A DNA stretch of 58,980 nucleotides, counting the filler, from Sphacelaria rigidula (Eukaryota), in the NCBI GenBank assembly GCA_964200075.2. It is 4 parts of 4 records of this genome, joined end to end, with 100 filler letters (N's around TTAATTAATTAA, not from the genome) between each part and the next. Parts side by side here need not be neighbours in the genome. Positions count along the whole stretch, not along the records: positions 1 to 14,672 come from CAXNAA020002104.1; positions 14,773 to 29,442 come from CAXNAA020002105.1; 2 more parts are not named here. One strand, given 5' to 3'. Below the pieces are notes generated by a model, which saw only the letters and a list, made by a program, of their open reading frames with translations, had not been told where the DNA came from and did not search any database. Positions 11,914 through 26,379 of the stretch are shown here, in pieces; position 1 is the first letter of the stretch, and each line of letters begins with the position of its first letter. The position numbers and the translations under genes were made by a program.

Positions 11914-13349
11914 GTGTGTGCGTCTTTGCTCCACGCAGATAGGACCTGATGACTTGAACTGCACATGAACCATTGTGACGATACCTAATCCACGCTTGTT
12001 ACCCTCTGCTCACACTGAGCATTGCACTACTTGACGCTAAGGTGCTACACGGTACCGTGGGAATGTCCTGCTGTGACATGTCTAGGTGATCTTGCTGTAT
12101 GGCCTCCGTTTGTTCTGTACCACAGCATGGGATACCGCAGGTGGTCACCAGCGATTGCCATCTACGATTCACGAGGGCTTCTGATTTTGGAGCCATTTGT
12201 CTGTAGTATTTGAATCCGTCTGTCATAGCTTCGAAACTAGAGGGCACACCCTCACGACAAGCGGATATCATAGCGCGTTTCATCTATATCACAACAATAA
12301 TGTGTTTCGCAGACACAAGCTTCTACCTGTATTGGTGCGTTCGTGTAGTCATTTCACTGTCAACTATTCACACCATGGAACCTGGTGTCGGCATTATATG
12401 ATGTACAGGATAAGCGTCTTGTGTGCGGATCCGGACGATTCGGGCTTCGCTCAGTCCACCACACCCTGGACAATAGATTGCTTTGTTAAAAAGTGTACCG
12501 CGTACGGTATTGACTACAGTAGTGGGCGGTCTAATTATTCATTTTGTGGCATTTTGTGATTTTTTCGTAATTGGCGATTTTCTTCGGCTCCTTTCGCTTG
12601 CCACCGCTTATCAAATCGGGAATCTAAAGATATCTGTATCCGCTCCACATTCCGAGAAAAAAAAATCATCTGTCCTTAATGTTGAGTGACTTACGGACTG
12701 GGCTGACCGGTCATCAGGGGTCCTGCCACGTTTCAGCCTAGATTCTTACTCTTCGGCATTTTCGGTCGATCGAGCCTATCGCGATCATATCTCTGAAGAA
12801 ATATACAGTTTTAAAAAATTTAAATTCCACCTATTCATTGCACTAGAGTCGAAAAACTGTATTTCACGGTCAATAACACCCTCCTGATAAACAGGGTATT
12901 TACTCGTATCGCCCGATAACACCAGCTAACACTGACTTGGGCACTGTGTCTCGAGGATGATCTGCGTATTGTACCAAAATATACCGACGCTAGCAATTTC
13001 GAGTTCTATGGAAGAGTATCACGCGAGAAAAACCCCAAAACACCCGTGAATAGTTGGACCGCCCACTACTGTATTGCGTCTATTGCAATAGACAATAGAT
13101 CCCATACTGTATCCAGTACATTTTTGACAATGTAATCGATTGTCCAGGGTGTGCAGTCTACTGTACGGCTCTCGCACATTTCTGCGTCCACCGGAGCAGC
13201 CTCCGCAAGGCCAAACTCGCACTTGCTGCTCGTACCTCTCCTGCCCTACAGTACCGTACAGACAGAAGAAAACAATCAGTACATGCAAAAGGTTCATGTC
13301 GTACACCGGGTGAAAAAGGTGACTGTCGGGCATGGCCGTGAATCTACTG

Positions 13350-13618
13350 GGCACAATGCCCAATAGTGGAGAGCGACTATGTCGTGGGCACACAAAATTC
13401 GACTTAACGGTCGACGAGGGAAAGGGACTGCTAAACCCCTCTCGCGATAAAAAACAGAGGCAAGTACCGCAGAAGGAAGGTGGGCTACTAAAAACAAATA
13501 AAGAAGAGAGAAAGCTCCTGTGTTGCTCTTCCTCCTGTGTGACCCCGGCTGGTGTGCCCACATATACCGAAAGGTGTAGACCGGCGCCCAGAATGGATGG
13601 GACGACATCACACACACA
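13350..13618 (+). mobile_element. SINE-like family 1 body and tail, head not recognisable
   Basis: GGTCGACGAGGGAAAGGGACTG...CCTGTGTGACCCCGGC...CACACACA matches the family. Confidence 0.75.
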
Positions 13619-14439
13619 TTGCCTGCGGTACCTGCTGCGGCGGAAGATACACGAGCGAGACACAGATCCCTTTACTAGGTGAAGGTTATATCATCCCGAT
13701 TCCTGAGAACACACAACAACTCGAGTACCATATGTGGGACAGTATCATAGTACAGTACATCAATATGTAGGGCTGTGAACTAGCTGCTTTGGCCAGTTAA
13801 GTTTAAACTGGCCGCGCCAGCGAGTCGCCAACGCCCCCCCCCGGCTGGTGAGGGGGCCCCGCGGGAGCGCCGCCGGAAGCGAGAAAAATTGCGTCATTTG
13901 GCTCGTGTTTTCTACAAGAATATGGAAAATTATAGAAAATGTGACCCCTCACATTGAAGAGCTAAAACCCTCGGAGACCCCATGTATCCCCCCCCCCCTC
14001 ACGACCCCTCTTTCGGCGTTCGTAGTTTTTTTTCTTTTTCACATCAAGAAACACTCAATAAATAGCCATTTTGGGGCGACTTGGGTGAGGTAGCGCCCAT
14101 GATTGTTGGCCCTATCTGCAACCCCAAGATGCGACGCACATTGGACGCAAATCGACGGTGCAGATAGATGCGTTTAGCTTGATTGAGCAAACATTGCAGA
14201 GTATTGTGGTATTTGTCTAGTCTTGCTCTTGTCGTGGAAGAGTGATGTGCAATGTATCGCCGAAACCCATATATATATATAACTTGGCCTTACTTGGCGC
14301 CGGAAGTATGCGAAGAATTAAAACTTCAATTTTGATTTTAATTTTTATATACTTTTTAGTTTATTTTTTTATTTCTCATTCCTTAGTTCTTATTTTTTAT
14401 TCATATATGGGATTTAGTAACCCCCCCCCCTCCCCACAA

Positions 14440-14570
14440 TGAGCGCCAGAATGTTGGAGGTGTCTCTATTAGGAGTAGGAACGGTGCTCCGTCTCGAAAG
14501 GGATGCGTGGTCAATGGTCAAACGACTAAGGCAAGCAACAACTGAGTACGTCACCCTTCCCCCCCCCACC
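14440..14570 (+). repeat. Unclassified dispersed ~125-bp repeat
   Basis: GTGCTCCGTCTCGAAAGGGATGCGTGGTCAA core recurs at 50670-50795, 52225-52350 and, inverted, at 58880-58965. Confidence 0.75.
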
Positions 14571-14672
14571 CCTCCTGGTTGGACACCCATGAGGCAGTGT
14601 ATAAGCCGTGGCTGTCTCTGGAAGTGGCGATACCACAGAATATAGCGACTCATTGTTGGTTGTCATCCAAAT

Positions 14673-14772
14673 NNNNNNNNNNNNNNNNNNNNNNNNNNNN
14701 NNNNNNNNNNNNNNNNTTAATTAATTAANNNNNNNNNNNNNNNNNNNNNNNNNNNNNNNNNNNNNNNNNNNN
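14673..14772. other. Artificial contig-joining spacer
   Basis: N44-TTAATTAATTAA-N44, 100 nt, with stops in all six frames. Confidence 0.98.
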
Positions 14773-15863
14773 ATTTTAATCCTCCGGGTTCTCATCCTCA
14801 ATGAAAAGCACCATCCTCAACATAGATGATTGGCTGTTAGTAGATGATACGATTGAGAGTGGCTTTGACCATTCGCTTTAAGTGAGTCATTTTTTTATTC
14901 CACGTCACGTGTGCTTTTCTTTACCTCCATCACTTACTTGCGTGTGCTTACAGCTACTACTACACGTCGATATCCTACCGAGGGATATCAAGGGCCTCAG
15001 TGGCCAGCTATTATTGCAGAAAGCATGTTGGGCCTCGTGGAAGTGCATTTCGGAACTGAAACGATTCATTCACTGATTGACCGTTTTTCACTCTCAATCG
15101 TATCATCTACTCTCAATCTCACGAAAACACTGTTGAATGTGATGATGTGATCGTAAAAATCGAGAAAAGTATTTTTCATTTCTGATGCAATCGTATTTGC
15201 GGATAGAAGAGCCACCACCGTACCATAGCAAGATATTATAAGGATTGATACGTAATACGTTTCAGGTGTCAGTCCATATCGATGTACAGACAGTATCACT
15301 CTATCCAAGCTCTATCGGGTATAATAGGGATATATCATATCAGGCCAATTTTTTTTTGTATAGCCTGATACACGTCGTTACTATCGCATACACCTGTCTG
15401 TTGTACTGTCTGTTGTCTGTACGACGAGTAGTCTCTTGTACCCTACCGATTCGCTCATCATGCAGTTTATTCGCGCCTCCCGCCAAAAACTGAAAAATAT
15501 GTAACTGCCGAGTACCACCTGCCCGTTGATCTCAGTTTAAAATATTAAAGATGCGGCGGAATTAAAAACAGGTGTCTGCTCGTAGTATTTGCGCCAAAAA
15601 CGTAATACAAAAGCTCCGCTCAGCTGGACGCAAGATCGGGCCCAGCTACAGTACCCCCACGCAGCCACAAGTTGATCTCTTATCATCAGCACCGGACACA
15701 GCAAGTACATAGATAGTGCATTACCTAATTGGTTTCAAACGCGCTCACAAAACGCGGTACGACTGCAGCAAGAGCACGACAGGGCAATACAGGCAGTGAG
15801 TGCAGAAAGCACGCACACACAGGAGGCACCGTCCAGTCAGGCTGCCTCTCCGCTCTCAAAACC

Positions 15864-16277
15864 ATGCCAACCGCGAAACCCAAGGTTGCCGCTGTGAAGC
15901 CGAAGGCAGCGAGTAGTAGATCCCATGTTCCGCGCGGCATACCGTCTCCACGCGACATACCTTCCCCCCTGGTTCCACTTTCCTCATCCTTCAGCCCGGC
16001 GAACACCCCCAAATCTCGACGAGAAGCAAGCTTCTTCAATCCAGCTTTGGGCACTCCAAACCTCAGCCCAGGTCCAACGGAGCAATCGTCGGTGCCACTG
16101 GGCGCGTCTCCTGGCCCCTGGGTGGTGTCGCCCCCGCCGCCCAGCATGAGGGAGAAGCCAGTGGACTTTGAATCGAGCCCCGGGAAGTGGATTGGGCAGT
16201 ATTTACGCCGGCCTGGACTTGCGTCCAACATGCTCGCCTGCGCGCTCGGCACTATCCTGTTTTTTGTGGTGCTCGGG
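15864..16277 (+). CDS. Exon 1 of a small membrane protein, join(15864..16277,17154..17261,21709..21816), ~209 aa
   Basis: ACCATG start, Pro/Ser-rich N-terminus, then hydrophobic MLACALGTILFFVVLG. GGG|GTGAGT donor, phase 0. Confidence 0.75.
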
Positions 16278-17153
16278 GTGAGTTTTGGAGCTTGCTGTGG
16301 GGGGGTTACGGGAACGGATTTTTGAGGGAACGGTTGATCGGCTTGTGGTGGTCATCATGGGGCACAAATTCCGTTACTGTACTGTACTGTTACGAGTGCG
16401 GGTACCCATTTTCTTGTTTTCTTCGGGGGTGTACTGGCCCCAGCAAGAACTGACCAGCATTTGCGAGTCTGTCTCGTGTCTGTTCTTGTGATGCGAGAAT
16501 TTTCTTCGACACGACATCTTGGGTACAGGATAACATCGCGTATTCATCTCTCACAATTCTGATATTGCGTCGCGCCTCCTCATCACGTTCGTTCGTTCTA
16601 GGATGAGTTGCTGTGAAGTATTTCCCGCCTGTACCTAGGAGTACATGCGCACACGGGAACTGTAACTGTACATGTATTCCACAGTAACTCTACTTTGGTG
16701 CTACTTTGCAGCACTACCCTACAGGCACAGTTAGTACAAGAAACAGAGCGATACTGTTATTGTGCGCAGATTGACGCTTACGCAAGTTGAATGATGTGTT
16801 GTCGGCTGTGTTATCGGCCAGGTGTGCAACTGTGTGCGAGAGTAGCTCAAACTGTCGTACCCCTCGTATTGAAGAGAATACGAACATATTCCGCAAAAAG
16901 TTCACGCCTAGCTGGAGCAGTTTCGCAGCTTAGCCTCCGGGCATTGATCTTGCATGGATCCCCGTCGACAGTCTGACATTTGATCGCATAGTAGCCAGAA
17001 TGCGTATACTGTAAACGTACCATACGTATGCCGTACTGTGAAGACGGAACAATACTTTGTCATTGATGCAATCGCGATGTTGGTGCTGTTGTATTTGAAA
17101 TCTACGCACACCATTTTGACCCGGACCGCTTTTTTACTTAATTACGCAAGCAG

Positions 17154-17261
17154 GCGTACGTGCTGTTGACCTACTTGGCTATCACCACCAAGAGGACGAA
17201 GTACATCATATTCCTCTCCATCTTGGCGGCGGTCATGCTGCTGATAGCCTTCAACCTTCAC
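17154..17261 (+). CDS. Exon 2 of small membrane protein (TM segments)
   Basis: CAG acceptor, CAC|GTAAGT donor, 108 nt, phase 0-0. Translates AYVLLTYLAITTKRTKYIIFLSILAAVMLLIAFNLH. Confidence 0.75.
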
Positions 17262-20200
17262 GTAAGTGTGCATGTTCGGTGTTGAAATTATGTTATTTCA
17301 TCCCTAAAGAATGGAGTTCTGTGCTTGTTCGAAGACTTCCTTAGACGGCGCTCGTCGCCTTGGAACAGTTTTACCGGATGACAGTCAGGGACATGCGGAG
17401 GTTTCCAGGCGGTGGAGGGATCGAGATCCGTTCAAAACAGCTGGAAAGCTCGCCAAGTCAACCATGTGTGTTTCGGAGTTCCCACGGAAAATTGTGAGCC
17501 AGGAACGAGGCCGGAGGGGAGCGGAGTGACCATTCTGACCAATCACGGCTATCGGAATAGTCACTTGGTTCCCGTACAGATGGACCACCTCGCAGTCTAG
17601 ATGTATTTCCCATTTTTGTCATAGCCGTTCAACCGTACATGAAGAACATGAGTACGAACAATGTGCTTTGTACACTGCTCGTGGTCTTTGCCGCCTGCCT
17701 GACCCCTTTCGTGCCAGAATACGAGCAGGGCCAGCCAAGAGTAGGCGCGAACCTCGCTCAGGCGACGCACGGCGAGATATTAGGAGTTGGACGCTGAAAT
17801 TATGACAGCAGCTTTTTATGATCCAAATACAGAACATCACTGGAGCAGCAAAGAAAATAATAATAATAAGGAAGTTATGGGGATTCGAAATTCAAGAAAA
17901 AAACAGATAATATCATGAATCCAGGGAAAAAAGGAGAATCTGCAGCTGGACTCGCGAAGTATCAGTTCCTTGGGTGCAGATGTCTTCCTGAAATTTCAGC
18001 TCAAGACTCGTCGCATTGGGCCGTGCGTTCGACATTTTCCGTGACGCTGCTGCACCCCACTAATACCCAGTGCGGGATGATTTCGGACGTGAACCCGCCG
18101 CATAAAAAAAAAAAAACGTACTCCGAGCAGCTATCGCTCAACGATATCAGACCTACCTTGTACTCTATGCAGTACAATAACGTCATCGGCAACACGACGC
18201 CAATTGAACAGCGACGCAGTCCCTTGTCATCAGGTGGGTCAACAGTTCACCGTGATATTCTTACATTGGGTTCATTCGAGAAACTGGGGAAGCTGTGGTT
18301 TGAGCAACTTTTAGCAGCTTTTAAGCTGGCCCAGCTCGTAGGTTTACGCTGTCTGCATTGTTGTTGTTTAACACGAAGCAGATACATCAGCAGTATGCAG
18401 TAGACTGTGTCCAGTGGAGAGCGAGGCACGCTGACTGTTTCTTGCTGCTATATCCGGCGGAGATATACAACACACATACTGACTGCACGCAAAAGACTGC
18501 AGGGTCAAATCCGGTAGGAGTTCTCCTGGACTGTTTTCTACACAGGCCCAAATTCGACATGTCCATGAAAAAATGCGTTTTGTGCAAAGAGAAAACAGCT
18601 GCTCTGAACACCGCAAGGGTGGCATGATCCATCTGAGTCCATGTGAGGAGGATTCCCAGTGCCGAGGTCGAGTGTTATAATTAGAACCTTGGACTGCGAA
18701 CCCCCCGCAGATGGACTCAGATGAGCTATGCCACATTTGGCGTTATCCCTTGGACAGTGAGATTAGTTCTTCGGGGTCATGCATACTTTTTTTTACTTAA
18801 AATTGATGCCGATCCAACAGAAGATTAACCTCGCGATCTAAGGGCTAAGGACGGCTGTTTTCTCGCCACACAAAACGCCTTGTTTCATGAACATGTGGGT
18901 GTTGGGCATCTCTGTCTTGAAGCAGATATCCCGGAGAACCCCCAACCGGCTTCTACTCTGCAGTCAAGTGCGTGCAGAGTCAAAACGTATGATATGTTGT
19001 TTGTCTTCGCTAAATGCAGCGGCAAGAGAGTTAGCGTGCCGGCGCTCTCCACTGAAGATAGCCTACTCTACGCTGCTGATGCCTGTGCTTAGTGTTCCAC
19101 AACACAACACTACAGTTGTGACAGTACAGTGAGGAGCTATCCTGGCAACACAAGAGTGGTCACGCAGGCGTCGAAGTCCCCGAGCAGAGTAAAAAAGCAT
19201 GGTGTTTGTGCCCATCTTATCTGTGGTTAAGGCCGTGTCTTTCCAAATTGTTCTCGACTCGAAAGCGTACGGTGGAATCGAATTTGCTCGTACCTCATAC
19301 GTCCACGGCATTCATGTTCTCAACCATGTGAGAAAACTAGTAGCGTGGACGAATGAGAAACGAGCGAATTCGATTCGACCGCACGTTTTCGACACACAAC
19401 AATTTGATACGACACGGTCTGAATGGTCGTAACCAAAATGGGAAATACGACAGACCCGCGAGGTGGTTCATCTGTGGTACATGTAAGGTGTGGCATACTG
19501 ACCAGTCTGACCAATCACAGTTCTCGCAATGGCCACTCTGCTCCTCTCGGGCCTCGTTCCTGGCTGAGAGTTTCCGTGGGAAAATTCAAACATACATGGT
19601 TGAGTTCGTAAGCTTTTCAGCTGCTCTGCGAACAGGTCCCCACCCCCTGTCAAAAATCACCCTCTCGTCCACCGAAAACTTCTGGATGTCCGTGGACTGT
19701 CAGCCTATGAAACTGTTATGAAGCGACGGTCGCGGTCTACGTGTTAATCCTTTGACCGCCAGCATCGTTTCGGAACAATTTCGACGTCTGATATTCCTAG
19801 AGTTGCGGCGTTACAGGCACACCACAACCACAGGCACACGAGAAGAGGGGGAGCGTCTTGCTCTCCGCACTTTTTCTGCCAACCATCTAGCACCTCTCGT
19901 GTTGTCAAAAGCTGCGTGTTGTTGTGTAACAATGCGTGTATGTTGTGACGTCTGCAATGAAGAACATGGGGATTGTACTGTACTGTATGCTGTTCGTACT
20001 GGAGCCACAGATGAAGAACGTCCGTCCGTACGATGCTGCAGCACCGGGGTACCACAGAGTGCAGTTGAAGTAATATGACGTGCAGTGTAATATCAAAATA
20101 TGCGGAAGATACGCCTGCCATCCTTTGAAAGTACCGAGAAAGCTACAGCAAGGCGGAGAGCATGTTGCTTGGGTAGTAACTCGCAGCAGTACTTCCTGGT

Positions 20201-21708
20201 AGCCATCGTGCATCACTTGCGCATGACAGCATGTACCGCCTACTCAGCATGCATACCGAAATGCACACCCACCTGACATGGCCAGAGGAACGGTCAGGGG
20301 GTCCTCACGTTCTGATTCCACACGAACACTCAACGTCCCACTGTTCAGATGAAGAGGCGTGTTGTGCCACTTGAGAAACAGCGGATATCTAGAGCCAAAA
20401 TTGACCATGGGCGATATTCGGACGGTATGCGGTGGGGGCTGGAGGTGAAGGAGCTAACTGGATGCCACATATTTCGATCGCTTGAAGTTATCAATTGAAA
20501 CTGAATGGCTGGCGACTCCGTCGCCAGCGGCGGCCGTCCCCGCCTGGCGCGGGGGCCACGCCGAAGCCTAGTAAAAACACGTCCTTGGTTTCACATCTCT
20601 TCAAAGTTGTACTCATTTAGTTCAGCCCGCAAGCGGCTCATGTCGAGCACGCAATCGGTGCACAACGGCAAAAGCAATTACACGTCCGTATTGCTGCCAT
20701 CGCTGCCTATAGGCTGAATTTAATGTGATTTTGAAGAGGTGTGAAACCAAGAGTGTATTTTTTCTTGCCTTCGGCGGAGGCCCCTCACCAGCCAGGGGGG
20801 TCAGCGTCTGTGCGACGCAGCCACGTTTTCATACCAGGCAACGCCGGTGGAGTCGTGGGGCGGCTCTGCCGCGTTGGCGGCAAAGCCACCAGTCATTCGG
20901 TCTCAACCGATAAGTCGTTGAAATCATGATGTGTTCTGCGTGCGACCTGCGCGTCTATGACTACGAGTGTTCGTGACTTGCACACCGTGAATAAATATCA
21001 CGTTGTCCAAAAGTGTACTGCGTACAGTATGGAATCTATCGCACCTATTGCATCAGGCACAAAAGTAGATACTGTGCGCATTACTCTTTTTGACGACGTG
21101 ATGTTTAGTCCTGAGTATGGTGACTTATCAGCAACTCTCAAGGCGCTTGAAGCATGGTTATTTCGTGCGCAGAACACTTTGAAGTGTGTGACATACATTG
21201 GGGTGAAAAAGTGGTTCAACCGCAACTGATGCCAGCCACAGTACTATGTTTTCGTTTTCCTTCACCACTTCCTCCCGTTCTCTCCAGTTTCACTCGCAAG
21301 TTTTCCCGTTTTATTTTTGTTGGATACGTCCGCTATAAAATGACCACGACTAGAACCATACGGATCAATGACTGTGCTACAACCAATCAATACTCGGCGG
21401 TTAGTTTCCAACGCCGCACGAGATGGGTGTTAGCTTATAGTGGTGTGCTTATGTATACCTCAGTGTGAATGAGTACAGAAGCCACAGATTGAACAAGGAT
21501 GAATTTTTACGTTCGTTTGCACTTCAAAACCCTCCCGGAAATCAAAATAATACATGCTGAGCCCGTGGGCCCTGTAGATCCACATACAACGTTGTCGAGC
21601 ACCAGCAGTTACAACAGTCGATAACGCGAACACCAAAATGACCTTCTCCGTGCCCCCGCCTCCCCCGCGCTCCTCTTTGATTTATCTGTCGACGTGACCG
21701 GTGAGCAG

Positions 21709-21816
21709 GCTGGGCAGCAGGTCCCAGAGAATCTTAACAAGCCGTCGCGATTCATGACGGAGGAGGAGGAAAACGCTGTAATTCGGAGGGCGTACGGTAA
21801 AGAAGTTCCGTTGTGA
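21709..21816 (+). CDS. Probable terminal exon of small membrane protein
   Basis: Pyrimidine tract and CAG. Translates AGQQVPENLNKPSRFMTEEEENAVIRRAYGKEVPL-stop in phase 0. Acceptor choice (21709/21718/21721) and any intervening exons are uncertain. Confidence 0.6.
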   Translation, partial: AGQQVPENLNKPSRFMTEEEENAVIRRAYGKEVPL

Positions 21817-24800
21817 GCTTTGGTGTTATACACGGGTAGATCCGGATCAACAGCTGCATGCACTGATCCGAGTGAGAGTGAGGGGAAACGGCGGGATGGC
21901 GTCAGTTTTGGCGGCTGGCATGGATCGAAGCGAAGCCATAGAAGTCAGCGGCGCGATTTCAGTTCCATGGGGATGTTTGTATGATGACTATACGAGCCAG
22001 GAGAATTGTAAGTACGGTATCTTTGTTCTCCGTGCTGTTCGTGCTGAGTGCGGTTTCTAGGTGGGTATGGGGCATAATGATTATTCTGTTGATTTTTGTG
22101 CGACTAGGTTGGACGTACTTTACCAAACATTTCCCTCGTCGGCAGCTGCATATGGTTACAGTCAAGAAACGGGTTGGTTGATGTTGTGTCTGTGTTCTGT
22201 GTTTTGGAGTCAAGAGTGGTGGTGGTTTGTATCACATGTTTTCTGTTGGCGTGGTTACAGCGACTTGCGAAAAAGAAGCGGTGCAGCTTTGTGTACACCA
22301 TGCAGCGCAACGGGAATATCAAGACGTGGTTTCGACGGTGGTGCGGAGACGCCGAAGCACTCGACGAACCGGCCAGCCCCACCTACCGCGCACGTGTGCC
22401 AAGAATCGGGCCGCATACTGTACATGCACCTTTTCTTATGTTGTATTCTCCGTGTAATCTGTTTGATGTGTGCGATATTTCCTTTTGATCTGTGTGAAAC
22501 TGACGTAGAAGATGGTGCTCAGCGTGATTTTGGGATCCTTGTTGAGATGGTAGTGTATCAGTCTTTTGTGGGGGCATGTTGGATGTCCGATGTGAACTCG
22601 GAAAAAAATCGGAGTACGTGCAGTGAGTAGTTTCGGTGGGGGGCCATTTCAGTGAACAAAGCGTCATCATGTTTGATTCCACCCCGAACGTATACTTGAT
22701 AAACATCTCGGTTTTTTCACTTATCGACAACAAATCTCAACGTTGTCGGCTGTTTTTTGTCACTCTTAATTGCGTAACTGGGCGTTTTTTTCGCAGCCAA
22801 TGTCTCAATCGCGTGATGTGCATGCTGATGTCAAACAAGCTGTGACCGGAATCAGGAAACACTGTGGGATTTTCGTGTCAACGCTGTGTCATCTCTGAAA
22901 AACTTCATTTTTGCCATTGTGGTGGGCAAAATGGCGGTGGCGACCTTGAATTATATTTTCGATGGAGTGCGCTTCTCGATGCCCTCGGGTCACGTAATTG
23001 CTGTCCTTGGTTTCAAATATCTACTGCTGTGGTACGTCCCTGTCCTGTTGCATGCAACCACGCATGTGTCGCGGTGGGACGCGTGGTCAAGGAGGGAGAA
23101 GAGGAGCAACACGTGACATTCGTTATTTGTTTTCGATATCTTTTTTGAGGTAGCCCCAACACAAGGAGGAGCAAAACACCTTGGTGTAAACTCAATTGTG
23201 TGTGTGCGCGGCGTCTGGTGTCCGATGTCTGGTGTCCGGCGTGTGAGCCTGCCTCGATCTCTTCTTTTCATGGGTGATGAGCTTCGCTTTTGCCGTTCGC
23301 CTCTTACTGGCTGCGTTCCGAGTAATTTTTTTTCGTGTCTGCCGATTGGGCGCATTTGGAGAGGCACAGAGGAGCGTAAAGGGTAAACGTGTTCGCGAGG
23401 GCGGCAGAGTGTTTTTGTTTTCCAGTAGCTCATAATCTGTTGGGTGAAGAGTGCTCACGAATTAAATCGGTAGATGACTGGACACAAAGTGGAGTGTAAA
23501 TTCTCGAGATTTGTGTCATTCTCTTCAAATTATTGCATGGGCCTGTTTATTTGACGGGACCCGAAGAAGCACTTGGAAATGAAAAAATGATTTGCTCAAA
23601 ACGACGAGGAGTGATCGACATTAGGCATATGCGGCATACGGTAACCTTGCTAAACTGGGACGTGGCTACAATGAACCAATGCGCGCTGAACGACCGTTGC
23701 TATTGAACGGCGGAGGCAGCCGTTGTGGCTAATTTTGCATGGAGCACGGTATAGTGCAACCCGTCTCGGGGAAATTAGTATGTCCCTCCCAGGAGGCATC
23801 GTGCACATCGCAGAAGTAGTTGAGTGCTGCTGTAGGTAAATGTCGATGTCTCTCGACACTAATTGAATGAGATTAGATCATTAGTCGTGGCCTTTTTTTC
23901 CCCATGCTTGCGTAGGAGCAAAACGATTTTTCAACAGCCCAAACGGTTTCCAGAAGGTCCAAAATGATTTCCAAAAATTATTCCCGCGAATTTTTGTAGG
24001 TATGATTTTTTCGTGAAGGGCGATACCACTGTCACGCATCACGGATAGTGACCCGCCGAATAATTTTTCTCCACTTGATTCTTCGGGTGCCCTCAATACA
24101 GGCCCTAACAGTAATCGCTTCGGTGGTATCATTGTATCTACCTCCATCTGTCTCTTCCATGTTTCAGTGGAGTTTCATCTAAGTCAATCAATCCGTCGAT
24201 CAGACTTCATGAGCTCTCCCCTAGCCAACCGGAAAACTGCGCCACTTCACCCTTGTGTCTGTACATCTTGATTTTTGGTGATACAAGGAATACCAGTCGG
24301 TGATCTTCGGAAACTACAAATAATAAGAGCTTCCTGGTACCCCGCAGCTAGTGTTATCGTTCAAAGGGTTTGACTGAGAGTACGGCTCACCTAGTATAGT
24401 ACCATTTTATCGATGCCTACCTTTGTCCTTGTTGTCTAGATCATCGTGTGGTATGTGAAACCAGATCGTTGCAGTCTATTCTGTAGAGTGCACATTATCA
24501 AGTCGTGACTATGAACACGTGCAATTGAGTATGAGGGTGGAGTGTTCCCACCTATACTTCTCACCCTAAGATTCTCGCCCGGATGGATATATTGGTAGGT
24601 GGAGATACGTGAGTCATCCTCTGTACTAATACCGGATGGTGACAGTTACAATATTTCCAGGTCGACCTGCAGTTGAGCAGTTGAACGATCGTTCAGGTTC
24701 ACATCTCGCGGACCGAAATATCTCTTAACTTGATCTAGTGCCTATATAGCCTGGCTAAAAAATCTACTTTTAAATTTTTCGCAGAACAGTTTTTTTTCCC

Positions 24801-26379
24801 GAAAACGTCGGAGATTTCGCGGGGGGGGGGGAAGCGACACATGAGTAGCACATCCCGTAGACCACTGCTATTCTCATGTGTCTTAATAGAGCAATTAAAA
24901 AGCCGTCCTTCCAAGGCGTCAACATCCGCCTAGCTCTCTTTTTGAGCGTCAAATACAGGACACGGGCCAAAGAACGCAGCCGAAGCCATCAGGATCGGTT
25001 TTAATACTCGCTGAAATCGTTCCAGGACACCCTCTCGATTTCCGGTAGTCGCTTTTTGTTGTTGTTGTTGCCTAACTAACTTGCATTTGTAACAAACGGT
25101 CAAGTTACGAACAACCGGCGTACGTACGGAGAAGGGCCAAGTAGGCAGTCTTCCAGCAGGATTTTTTTTCGCGACGTATACTGTACCCCCCGTCCACCAC
25201 AGCCATGCAGATAAGTAAAGAAAAGAGAAAGGTAAAATAGACAAATAAACAGAGTTGACTGAAGAAAATCAAAACTAGAAATGGCTGGCCTCTGCGATAT
25301 ACGTACGGCTTACTGTTGTCGTTGTTGTTGTCGTTGTTGTTGTTGTCTGTCGTATAGTAGAAGGATAGACTTAAGTGATGCTACGGTGGTAGGGGTGCAC
25401 AAATATGTTCTGAGAGGTTATAGAATTGTTAGGAGCCCTTGATCTCATCCAAGACACAACTTATTAAATATATGAGGGTACGCTAGGATTATTATTCCAA
25501 TGTGCTAGAGACATCCCGAATGAATCTGCAAGCGGGGATGCCCTGACCCCTATTCTTGTGCATCTAGAATTGTTAGGAACGCCTAAACCAGACAAAATTT
25601 CGCGCAAAAAGTGCAACGCTACCGCATCATTGCTCACTTGAACGTGGGAGTCCTGGAAAGCAGCTTCTGTGATGATGTACATCTACACACCAAAATATTG
25701 TGATTTTGTTCTGCATCAAACTTGTTGAATTCTCCCTGGGCGTCTTGTTATGGGAAGGTGGTTACGAGCGTCGAACCCCGATAATTGCTTGCACGCAATG
25801 GAACAAAATATAACCTCGTCGCAAGGAAATGGTTTGGAAAATGGCCATGTCATCGTAATATTGTTCTTCTTCTCCCCGCAGCTACAACCGACATATTCCA
25901 TAATGTTTGGCATTGTGTCACTGGCGTTCTCTACTTCATCAACGAGCAAAGTGGTGAAGGACATAGATCACCTTTTCCAGCTCACCTGATTTAGGGTGGT
26001 GCTGTGTGCACCGACTCAGGTCTTGAAAGTTCCTTTTGTGTGTTCTGTGTGGGTGTGAGTGAAAAACATTCGCGGCGAACATACTGCAGTCAGAAGAAGG
26101 AAGCATCACCGGTATACCACTGTGCTGTCTGTACGATATACAGTAGTGCAACACGGCACAGTGGTCAGTCAGTACAACAGTACTGTCCATTGCACAAGGG
26201 CAGTACGTTACGGTGGTGCAGGGTGCAGGTCCGCTGGGGACCAGGGGCACACAGAACATTATAGAGCACCGTACAGCGGAGAAAGAAGGTGAAGACAGCA
26301 GGCGGACATAGCTGTGGTGCATATAGCTGTCGTGTATCATACAGGGGCAAACGCCGAGAGAGAGAAGAAACAAGAGATA

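Noticed and set aside
21981-22457. Possible small secreted-peptide gene after the membrane-protein stop
   Set aside because: It would need a 47-nt intron and has no recognisable motif; more likely 3' UTR.
25460-25990. Exon-like minus-strand fragments divergent from the TBC gene
   Set aside because: They could not be joined into a consistent stop-free model.
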